A DNA stretch of 64,000 bases, from NCBI RefSeq assembly GCF_964355755.1, contig NC_092671.1, positions 26,858,070 through 26,922,069 of the forward strand, in the 5' to 3' direction. Below are positions 27,401 through 39,400 of this stretch, piece by piece (position 1 is the stretch's first letter; every line of letters begins with the position of its first letter). The stretch is from Antedon mediterranea. Lineage: Eukaryota; Animalia; Echinodermata. The position numbers and the translations under genes are program-made. The notes under the pieces are model-generated. The model was not told where the DNA came from. It saw nothing but the letters and a program-made list of their open reading frames with translations, and made no database searches.

Positions 27401-30400
27401 TAGTGGTTCTTGAGATATAGGGTAATTATAAAAAATGGCCGCCATTTTTAATTATGCAAATTAAGGGCTTAGATGGCCGAATTTCGCTTGGGATCCGCCA
27501 TATTCGTAATCAGCGAGGTCGAAATATCCTAAATCAAGTGGATCCCAGCTTCTACCCAAAAATGCCTCTTGATTCGTTTTCTAGGCCGTTTTTGGAGAAA
27601 TGGAACCTGTCTATGTGCTTTGCACAGATCTTAAAATATGCATTCTCCATGTACTAGGTTGTAGTGGTACTGTAGTAGTAGTAGTATATGTGGAAAAATT
27701 AATTTATATTGAATTGGTGGGCATCAAAGTCTGTTTTCCAGTAGCGAGTTTTATTTGAGCGAATTGAAAAATCCTAAGATTGGTTGAGCATTTATTTTTT
27801 ATTATTAATTTATTCAGTGAATAAAAATATGCATGCGTATATACTGACACTTTTTTGATTTTTGGACGAATAAAGTCCATTGGCCTAAAACAGGATTATC
27901 TGTGCTTGATTGTCTGTGGCTGGTTCTGATCGTCCAGGTTACACTCTTGTTTGCCGATTGTCCTGAACTGAGTCAATCAATTGAGGGCCTGATCGTTCTG
28001 ACTGACAACCAAACCAATTACACACGCAAACATACATTGAAAAGGTCCTCATGTTTACTTCTCTAGGCCTGATATTTTCATCGTCATATAGCTGCGTAAT
28101 CCATTTGATTTAGGTTCGTGACATTTTCCATGATTTAGATTAGGGTCGTGGTCAAAAAAGGTTGCGGAACACTGATCTATAGGAATTTTGTGTAAATAAG
28201 GCCACGGTCACGTTGAACAAACAGATAATAAAAAACACAATTTCGTTTACGTGCACATTTTTCTGGTTAATTTTTTTTTTCTGTAAAAAGGGGGAACGCA
28301 CACACCGGTAATGCAAGTTAAAAAAGCAATATGCATCAAAAACAATTACTAATCCTAAATGTGTATCTAGATTTCAGTGTTGTTACCTGTTGTTCCTGTT
28401 TCCATTACACCAGTGCTATATTTTAGAGTTTCATTTATTCCCATTCTTGTCTTGACAATAACAGTCACAGTTGTATCGGGATCCAAATCTTCAATAACAT
28501 AGTCATAAGTAGTTTTTTCAATCATGTCAATTTCTACAGGTTCACCACTATTCACTGTATAACTTAAGTAATAAGCTCCAAAAATGAGTTCAAGACCTCT
28601 TGCTACTTCTGGTTCAGTCCAACGGACAGTCAGTGATGTTAGGGTAGTATTAACAATTTCTAAAGATGAAACTGGGTTTGGACCTGTAGTTAAAAACGGT
28701 AAATAAAATAACAATCGGAATACAATTTTAGGCAAAAAATATTATAAATATACAAGGTAAAAAAACAAAAGAAAACATCATATGAACTTACTTGTTCTTT
28801 GCAGTACGAATGATCCTACAGCAGTGATGTTACCTCTTACAGAGATGTTATACAGCTGACCTGGTGTCAAACCAGCAAACTCATATTGTCTGTCTTCAGT
28901 ATACTCAATAAGTTGACTATTATTACCAGATTCTGGTACTATTTCCAACAAGTAACTGCTCTCACCACTGATCTCACCCCAAGTAATGCCAATAGTTTCA
29001 TTTGTACAATACGATACAAATATTTCACTGCTTTCAACATTAGCTATGATAAAATAATAATGAGAACGTAACCGCTGATGTTAATAGCATGCACATACAG
29101 TAGAATTAGTAATAGATTCCATCTCAGAATGCCCAGAGGGTAGTAGTTAAAAAAAGATAATAAAAATTATGTCAAGAATAGAAAAGTTTCAAAAACTCAG
29201 CATTCGTTTTTTCTGCACGGAACAAAAATATAATCTTAGCTTTTTTTTCAACTATAAAAATATAAATAGAAATGCCTTACTTGTATCTATAGAAGTCATT
29301 AAACTTTCCCTGCTTATTCTTTGATACTGGCCTTCTCCTGAAACAGTACGGACTTCAAATGTGTAGCTAGTTCCTGGTATAAGTCCTTCTAAATTTAGGT
29401 TTGGATCAATAACATCAACAGGAGATGGTGTTGTACCATGAGAAGGTTCATAAGTGAGTCTAAAAAAACTCTTTACTATATTGCTATTTATATTCCAACT
29501 AATATAAATACTGGTTTCACTTCCAAAGTGAAATCCTAAGGTAGATGGACGTTCAGGGTCTGTAAATTGAAAAATAATAAATAAATAAATAAATAAGTCA
29601 TTATTTGTTATGTGCATGTTATATTGTATACATTTATTTAGTACCAAGATTACAGTACAGATATCATTAATTATAACACACCTAAGTAGATTCTTATTAT
29701 TTGATTGAACGATTGTGGTTCACATAATATTAAAATTAACTGCACTATAATTTGTTAGTGGAAATCCAATAACGGCGACAATTTTTTGCTTGACTTTGGC
29801 ATAAACAATAACGTTCAAAATGGCAGGCGGAACTAACATTTTTGGACAAAATAGAACATAAAATAAATTTACAAGATGTTGAATTGTTGGGGAAAAAAAA
29901 CAGAATTAGCCTAGATCAGTTTCAGTTGCCTAGCGATGTTTTGTATCACGTGCATAGCGATGTTTTGTATTGCGTGCCTTGCGATGTTTTGTATTGCGTG
30001 CCTTGCGATGTTTTGTATCGTGTGCGTAGCGATGTTTTGTATCGCTTGCCTAGCTAACCTAGGGATATGTTGTTCATGTGTTGACATAATTCACAGTAGG
30101 TGTTTTATAAAACAAATAATGAATGTTTTATATTCATGCAATTGCACCCATTGCACTCATAAACATTAATTATTTGTATACTATTGAAATACTCACATGT
30201 TCTTACTGATACAGGAGACCATAGTTCATTTGTTTCTGTGTTATTGTAGATCGATATGGAATAAAGTTGACCAGGCGTAAGGTCAGTTATACTTCCTGAA
30301 TTTACAGCCAAGTCAATGTTTACATTCCCTTCATCCGGTACAATTGTAAAGCTTACAATGAGGTTGGGCGATGAAGTATTATCCCAGACAAAGTCTATCC

Positions 30401-33400
30401 TTCTCTCATCAACAAATGTAATGTTCACCGTTTCTGAATATATGTATCATATTGAAAATTACATACTATTTTATACAAAAATCTTTATATTTCCACATCA
30501 TTTGATTAAAGAATTAAAGATGCTCAGTTGTATAAGCCAGTAGTAGACAAATACCTTTTTTATATCACCTACCAAAACTATTGTACACAGAGTTTACACT
30601 GGGGCCCACACCACACAAAGCACTGATGATGTTACCGCTTTGTGTGTGTAATCTGGAGTTTTGCTAGGTGATGGGAAAGGGGTATTAAATGTAAGACCCC
30701 ATTTACACTTACGATTTGGGCCGGCCCTGGGTTAGCAATTACCAAGTGTGAAATTTAGGCCGGCCCTAGGCCAGATGCAGACCTGGACCATCTCGCAATG
30801 AGGTCCAGGAGGGGCTTTTATATTTGGGCCATCTTATGCAATGAACCATTACCATTGGTTTGAGAAAATGAAGTAAATGAATCATCAGGGTCGTCATTTG
30901 GAAGGCAAGTGTAAACACGCTGGATGTGTTTAAATGTTTAAACAATAATACTCACTCATACAAGAAATTATAGTACAAGATGGAAAAATCCCTGATGGAA
31001 TAGACAGAGTAAAATCAGGCATGGCACTCTCCCCCTTCTCAACATAAAAACACAGTTGTACCATGTCGGGGCATACATACGATCTAAGGTCTGCTCTAAC
31101 AGTCAGGCCACTTAGTATAAGTGGTGCACTATCATTTAGCCATGTATACATGGTAGGATTAAATACTTTTGAAGTTGGTGTAAAGTAGTTTCCATTCTAT
31201 AAATAGATAAAAAATAGGTATTTAATTATTATTTATTATTAATTATTAACAAATGTATAAACAATTAACACAAATCTTGATTGTGCCCAGAAGTGCCACT
31301 CCAACAAAGCCAAAACATACAATATCAAATTTATGTTGTTCTTATAAGTTTAAAATAATTTGTTTAAATATCTTTAAAATGTATCCTTTCACATAAAATT
31401 AAGGATTAGTGTTAATAAAAGCTCTGCAATTTCTTTCTTGCTTTTTTACTTTATATCACTTTTATTAATAGCTTTTATTATTATCCAGCCACTGACACAT
31501 TATTTTAAAGTAATATGCCTTTGAATTTATAGTTAGTATGTACTATTATATAATAATTTAATAATTCAATATTATTGAAGAGACTAGAGGATACTGTTAT
31601 TATCACAAAGAGAAATCAATCAACATTTTAACTAAATAAAAATGTTTTCAAAGCATGCTCACAGTGTCTTTAAGATCTGCTGTAATGTTCCAGAGATTAT
31701 CGCCAGATATGCTGGCACCGTACAAACTTGATGTTAGGCTGATAGAAAACTCAATTGTATTATCACTTTGTTCAAGAACTGGGTTTCCACTGGTTATCGC
31801 AACAATTGACCCACTCACTATTTCAACACCTATAATAAGGCAAGATATTTGTAAACTCTTAAGGCCTGGTTTACACTAGCAGATTGTAATCCAGATCGGA
31901 GCTGTCCATTAGCTTAACCGATTGCAGCCTGCGTTCTTTTAATTTTTATCATCTGACATCATCAGGAATGAAAATAATTCCACAGGCAGACAATTATGAA
32001 AAGGTATGCAAATGAGGATTATTAAACAATTAGAATATCATACGGCATGTTAAAAAGAAAATTAAAAAAAACAAACAAATTGTGGCAGACACACAAGCAA
32101 AATTAGTCATGTATAAATAATTATAACTCCTTACAGTAGTTGCTTTAAAACAGTGCAAGCAACGTCAGATCTGGGTGGTTAGCACAATCATAAGGCGGAT
32201 CAGGCTAGGTTATGCTAATCATTGCCTTGTGTGTGTGTGTGAAGATAGCCAACTAATCCGTCAGGGTATTGGGAGACTATCAATGCTCATAATGTTATAG
32301 AAGTTTCAGCATATTATACAAATTAATTAAAAAGGAGGCATACCTCTGCACACTGAAACGATTGAACATAAAGGTTCCAAAGATTCACTATTCTGATTTA
32401 CTACATCGAATGACGGATCACTGGAAACATGTCGCTCAAAATCCACACACATGTAATAAACAACGTTAGGATCTAACGAACACTGCAAATTAGCCAAATC
32501 CAACGTGGCCATTACATTTGTAAATTCTAACACCGTATTTTGTGTTGTGATGCCAGCATTCCTTTGTTCCGTAGTCAGTTCGACCGACGTCTCCCCGTAT
32601 CGCGGTGCTGATCCTGTGTTGCTTTTGCTGATATACGCGTTGATCTGCCATAAATCAGTTCCATTTAGAAGAGCAGTTGTGGAATCAGTTTTAATGTTTA
32701 GGCTGAACATAATGTCAGATAAAGAGCGTTCAACAATTTCAATATCACTTTCCAAAAATGTGTCAGGCGCGCTTACATCAAAAACAACACCTATGAAACA
32801 TTTAAAAATAGTAATAAAGTATTAAAACAAGTACCGTATCTAAATGAATTTACACCCTGGGTGTTTATTGGTCGGGAGAGTTTTCAAGACATTTATTTGA
32901 GGGAGGCGTTTCTTCGAGGGAGGCATTATTTTTTTTGGGGTGTATATGGTAGGTCTAATGGTAACATGTAAAAATACATGTCAAATAACATACAACATTT
33001 TCAAGTTACTGTCCAGAAATTTTATTTACAAATACAGTGTATACCACAGACCTTGCCTATTGATGGTCAGGAAAATTGGAAAAATTATATTTATATTTAT
33101 GTAAATGAAAATATTACAAAAAAATAATAGAAAAAAAAAACGGTTTAACGTGATTTGACATGCCTGAGTCATCTTGACATTAATCTAAAAAGAACAAGCC
33201 TATTTTGCTCAGTTCCTGAGCACTTAATTACTTTTTACTCTGATAGCAGTATTCTATTCTACATGAGCAAAACTTGTTGAATTTTTGTTCATGGACCTAT
33301 AAATTATAGGTCCATGCTATGAGCACTAAATAATTCCTCTATTCTATGAGTAACTGTATTTGTATTATGCTATCATATTATCCTATCTTGGTACAACCTG

Positions 33401-36400
33401 ATACCCCATTCATGCATGACACAATAGAGTCACACTTGACAAAACATACCTAAAGCTTTAGAAATATGCATGCCTGTTGACAAATGACAATACATGATGA
33501 TACACAATAGTACACATACCACTGAACTAACGTTAAAAATATAGAGCTATGACTATATAAATAAAATAGCAACATGCGCTGTCTGTTATACTGTCAAATT
33601 AAACTCCTTTTTTTATTTTCAAAATGGTAAAATAGTTAGTAATGTGACAAGCCACCAGATATCCACACACAGAATGGAAACCCATGATGTCATATCACAA
33701 AACAAACATTTATTGCATGGGTATTTTGTTGTATGTTGTTGTTCAGGAAACAATTTTTAAATCTTTTTTAATTCATAAAAATCCACATAGCTATTGATTT
33801 GTGTTGAGTTTGTTTAAAACGTCATTGAAATGTTAAGGGTGTTGAGCACTTTTGGTGTTCTTTTTGTAAGAGTCCCCACACGCTTTCCTGTCGATATCAT
33901 GCTCATCTGTTTTTTCTGCTTGTTTATTTTATTGTTTTATGCTTTGTATTAATTGTATTGAGACAAATAAATGAATTGTCATTATTAAAAGCTTCATACA
34001 CTTCTAAACTTTTCCACAGACCACTGACCCAAAAAATATCTATCATTTAATTTTGCATAAACACTTCAAAATTGTTTTTCATATGAATACAATATCACAA
34101 TTTTAACCAGGCTGGTAAAAGTCATAATATATTTACTTACTTCTTATGAAATTGTCTTGAAATGATGAGCTTTGTAGGCCATTACTACGAGCTTCAACAT
34201 TCACTTCATAAAGTCCATCTGTTGCCAATGAACCGACAACTACAGACAGACCATCTTCCGGCTGATATAGCGAAACCTCCATACCAGTGCTAATCGTTAG
34301 AAAATATTCATTGATGTAACCGTTTGGTGGTACAATGGTAATGTTCACACTTCCTTCTCCGTCATTATAATAGGTAAGAGATGGCTCTGCTGGTACTAGA
34401 TATTCATAAAGAAGAAAAAAAAAATTAATAATATCAAGAAGTAAGGAAGCAGCCGGAACGATGTTGGTATAGTACCTGCTGCTTCCTTGGGCTAAAATCT
34501 AACCCTCATGGCCATAGTCACAACCAAGTATTAACAACAACAAGTCAACATCTGACTTGAAATAAATATTTAATTCTAAAATTTAAATTTCTGCCAATAA
34601 CAAAACAAAAATAAGGGTAAGGAACTTAATTAATTACGATCTTCTATACAATTAAAACTAAAAAAAATTGGCCAGTTCTGCAGACATTAGGAAAAAAAAG
34701 ACATAGGCAAAACGGTTTAAAGAGGAAGAGCCTAGTCAATCTGTTATGTCAGTCGGGCACTTATTTGAAACAAGTATTATATCATCAATCAAAACAGAAA
34801 AGTAAAGGCCAATTTACACAGACGAATGGTAACGGTAAGCAGTAAACAAAAATATAGAATCTATGTTATTTCTTATGACCATTTCTTTACACAAACAGAC
34901 CTGCTCAGGATAGAGATTTTAACCTGAGACAAGCTATGTGTTTTTTTTCCGCTTACTCGCCTGTGTAAATTGGCATTAAAGGTATCCAGTATTGGGAGAG
35001 TTGATCCTATTGTACTGTTAAATAGTAAAGTACAGTAGAACTCATTTGGGACACTCTTAAGGATATTTAATTTGGTCCTTAATGTGTGGCTCTACATTTT
35101 ACGAAATCCCTTTCTTAGGGGGACGTTCCTATTTAGGGGACGTTCCTATTTAGGGGGAAATTGCCTTTTGCAATTTGATGCATTTTTCTTTGTTGTTTTA
35201 TTGTCTTAATTATTCAAAGCAAAACAAATTTCTATTTCAAAGTGGACCAATAAAATTTCTTGAATCTACACTGAGGTCCTCCAGGTGTCTCCTTAATAGG
35301 GGTTCTACTGTAATAATTGTAATAATATACTACTCACAAGTTGCATATTGTACTGGATCTGTTGAAAGTCCAACATCACTTGAGATGTACATAAGATATA
35401 GTGTTCCTGGCTCTAGATCTGGTATTACTCCAAAATTCTGATTAGGATCCTCTATTTGTCCAAAACATGGACATGCACTGACATTACTTTTTGGCTGGAA
35501 TGTAATATTTAGCGGCATGCCTACCCATGGCCAGTGGAGTGATATGCTGGTTTCATTATATTCCGAGTTATTTCTCCGCAATTCCGAGTTACCTAACAAA
35601 TGAAATCATATTATATACTATTGTTTTTCATACTTTATACGCATCTAAAAGCGAGCAACTCACCAATTACAGGATAGATTTTATAATTTATGATGCTTAT
35701 AAACTAAGGGAGTGAAGTTAAAAGAGTCTTACTCTTGCGATTGGAAGGCAAGCACGTTATCCACTAAGCTACAGCTTGATGGTATAACAAATTATAAATT
35801 CTTGTTTGATTAACAAATAAGTTGTTTTAAATTTTTTTAATGTATGTATTCAATACAAAAACATTTCTTGAAAATTATGTTGCTCATTTTGCTAGTTAGA
35901 TTTTGCAGAACTAGCAAATATTCAGTAGTGGATAAAAAGTATATTTCTAGCCCTGTTTTTACATAATATCAGATATCCCAATGAAAAAATTAATTATTTT
36001 ACTTTTTCTTTCAGTTACCCAAAAAGAACTTAATGAAAATAGCATTTTGCAATTTAAATCCGATTACCCATTCTGTTTTGGTTCTTTGAAGATTTTTCGT
36101 TGAAAAATTGTGTTTTTTGCTGTTAAAATTGGAAGCATTTTTTAAAAGTTATAACTTTTACAATAAAACAAAATCATAGCCATATCACTTTTTAGAATTT
36201 CAAGAATTTTTCAAAAACAAAACGCGCATTCACTGGGATAGCTAATAATATTCTCATGATAGTAACTGATTCAAAAACACCCAAAAATAAGAGCACCATC
36301 CTAATTTGACATACCATTTGTAGTGATAAAATCCTCAAGAATCTCATCAAATGCACCAGTAGCATTGATCCCTGCCGCTGTCACTCTGTAAGTGGTGAAA

Positions 36401-39400
36401 GACTCCACATCATCAAATCTGGTTTTCTCTTTCAATGGTATCCTTATTGGATTGCCATTGAGGAGAATACCTGTGACATTGTTCCTGATCTCAACAACAG
36501 TGTCCACTGCAGTACTAGCATCTGGTGGGTAGTAGGTTATGTCTATGTATGTACTGTCGCTGTCCAGTAGCAGTGTATTTGGTGGAAGAACAGTAGTCTG
36601 TTGGAATAAAGAATAACATACAGTAGTTTTCATGTATGATTGTAGGTTTTCTGTTTTTAAAGGAACAGTGTTTTCCCCAACTTTATTAACAAAAGCAATT
36701 TGCAGCAAAAATCTGAATTACATCTAGAATACCGTACTTAGGTTTACAAGAAAGTTAAAATTAAAGCAATCATAGTGTTTTGGTGGGAAAATTTTGGAGA
36801 GAAATTCTACTGGCCTACTCTGAAGGTCTAAATGTGCATACAGTAATGTGGTAAAAAAATGTTAGATATAGTGTAGAAGATCATACAAGAAGAGAAAGAT
36901 GAGAGCCTAGAGATGGAAAGATTGTGAAACAAATAGAGTGCAGTTACAAAAATAAAGTCTTGTTGTTAAATATTTATATGGTAGGCCAATGTGGCCTCAA
37001 CTGAAATGTCTCCAATGAAATACACCACTGTGTCCTCGTAACAAGATTGTGACATAGATAGAAGGAATAAAATAAAGCAGAAATCTTCAGGACCCAACAA
37101 AGTGTTCCCTTAATAAAGAAGTCCCCTTAATAGGAGTTAGCCTAGCATTAAGAAAAATATAGCCCCTCGTTCATTTCACAGAAAAGTGTCTACAGGGGTG
37201 TCTCCTGAATAGAGGTCAGCCTCAGTGTCTAAACATTATGACAGTACAGTAGTTCCCTTCATTCATTTCACAGGAAAGTGTCTGCTTAATAGAGTTGTTC
37301 CCTAAATAAAATAGGGGTGTCCGAAAATAGTACAGTACTTTACATTATGGCCATAAAATATAAAGTTTTATCTTTAATCAAAATTAATCCTTGTGTAGTT
37401 GTAAAAGTACTTTACCACAAATATAGCTTAAGTGCCTGTACTGTAGGCGAAAAATACAACGCCTTTTAAATGAGCATCAAAGTAAAACTAATCTTTTTTG
37501 TTCATTATTGAACCTATTATAAAGTTGAAAGTACAAGACCAATGGTTCTACTTTGATATAATACAAGGTAAAAATTGTCGTCAAAAGGGACATTATTATT
37601 CAAATGATTTCAGTATGGTACAGTGCATAAAATTTCACGTACTGTACAATTTTAAATAATAAAAAAACCAAATTACTTTAATAAAGCATTTCTATTTTTA
37701 AACATAGTATATTTTCTTTTTAATTACTGTCAAGAAGGTATGGCATTTTAATGTGTGTACAATATGTTTCTTCATTTGGGATTCTAGCTTATTCTCTCCA
37801 CCCACGTGCATAAATGGGTACCCGGTTAGATCAAGACACAATTTTATGCTGATTACTAGCTGCATTACAGGAGTATATTCATACGTGTTTGATCCAAATA
37901 AATAACCAGCGTAATAATGTGAAGCATTCTAAAAGTTAACCTAGAGAAAATGTTTTCAATGAGACATTTACTGCCCTTTAATTACAGTAATTAAAAAATG
38001 AGTGACAAAAAGAACTTAAATCGCATAAATCATTCTGTGTAAACAACTGCAGAATGACAATATCTTTGAAGTTCAAGTGAAGATTATTAGTGAAAAGATT
38101 AATAAACTGAAATCTTTTGAAACCTCAGCACAGTCTTGATCTGATTTTTGGATTAGACAGAACCTACTGTATAGAACCTTCAAATCAAAATCCTTTTTTT
38201 TGTGACTGATATTACTACCTTTGGTGATGGCTTCGTTGTCAACGGACCATAACAAGTTCAATGTATATATAAAAAAAAATACCGATTTAATTTTCTAGGT
38301 TAATGATAATTAAAACAAGGTTTTCATAGAAATTAAGTTTTATCTACAGTACTTATATGATTCACAGGAAAATGCAGAACATCTTAGCAGAATTGTCTTT
38401 TTTATTTTTAGGCCTGTTTCTTTTACAATGAGTTACATTAATCTACTATATCTCCACAATGTTTTATTTATACCATTAAACAAGAATTCAAGTAAAAATC
38501 ATCACTGAAAAACTATGGAGTTTAGTGTTAACTGTACCTGTAGTGTTAAATAAATAATGGCATAACATGAGAGCCCTGGCATCTAAAACAATCACATGCC
38601 TCATTAAGTCATCACAAACATAAACAATAATCATTTACTGTATTTGAGTCACAGAAACCTGTTTTGTAAAACTTCATTATGTTAATCTTTCATAAGGATC
38701 GACCTATAATAAGTAATAATATTCTTGATAAAAGCGCTTACCCTGGTCATTTTTGGACACATGGAAACATACTCCCACATGTAAGTTGTTACTGGGTACC
38801 CATTTGGATGGATGGAGAGAGGCAATGTCAAACTATAAATATTTAAGTATCTTGCCTTTAAAGGAAATAAGCAATGTCAAACACACTGCGCTACACGCCC
38901 TTATTATATGTTGATGTTATGGCCAATTTTGTGACTTAGCATTTTGTGACTTAGCATTTTGTTTACATATTTTTTTTAAATTTTTATTTGTGATTTTCCT
39001 GTTATTTTAATTGAGTTACTTAAATACAATAACTGTTTTTTTTAATGTTTGTTTCCTGTCCTGTGTAAATACTGTTTTTTATGGATGCACCACCCATATC
39101 AGTGCCACTGATGTTAAAGTGTTTTATAAAAATAAATTATTATTTTATTTGCAATATGCTTAAATTAGTTTCATGAATGAGTTTCTGTAAATTGGCATTG
39201 CTTTTCAGTTGCAATGTACACACAAGGCAGTATAGATTTTCCAATAATCAAATAAATTAGTATTTGTAAAGTCTACTCTATTCAGTATCTGCATAAAGTA
39301 CCGGTAATTGTTATTATTTACACGGGTAATGTAAACAGCCTCGATGCAAAATATGAATAATAATATTAGCGCAACCAAAATGTTAAACGTCCAGCCACCA

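Larger units (their letters stand above)
3468..29559. repeat. Intragenic tandem array of a ~1.89-1.91 kb four-exon unit (D 279, C 252, B 297, A 276 nt = 368 aa, 4 FN3), 10.5 copies
   Basis: A-type ORFs recur at 4555, 6473, 9198, 11085, 12995, 14882, 16792, 18702, 20613, 22519. Exons and introns are nearly identical between internal copies. Confidence 0.97.

Noticed and set aside
3468-29559. Array read as many separate small genes, or as a CRISPR-like array
   Set aside because: Splice sites join all exons in one frame; there are no short repeats with unique spacers and no cas genes
3468-29559. Dscam-like mutually exclusive exon cluster
   Set aside because: Exon types are interleaved D-C-B-A rather than grouped by type, which fits serial inclusion
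34443-34488. 11-bp inverted repeat near an exon acceptor
   Set aside because: Single short hairpin with no further support
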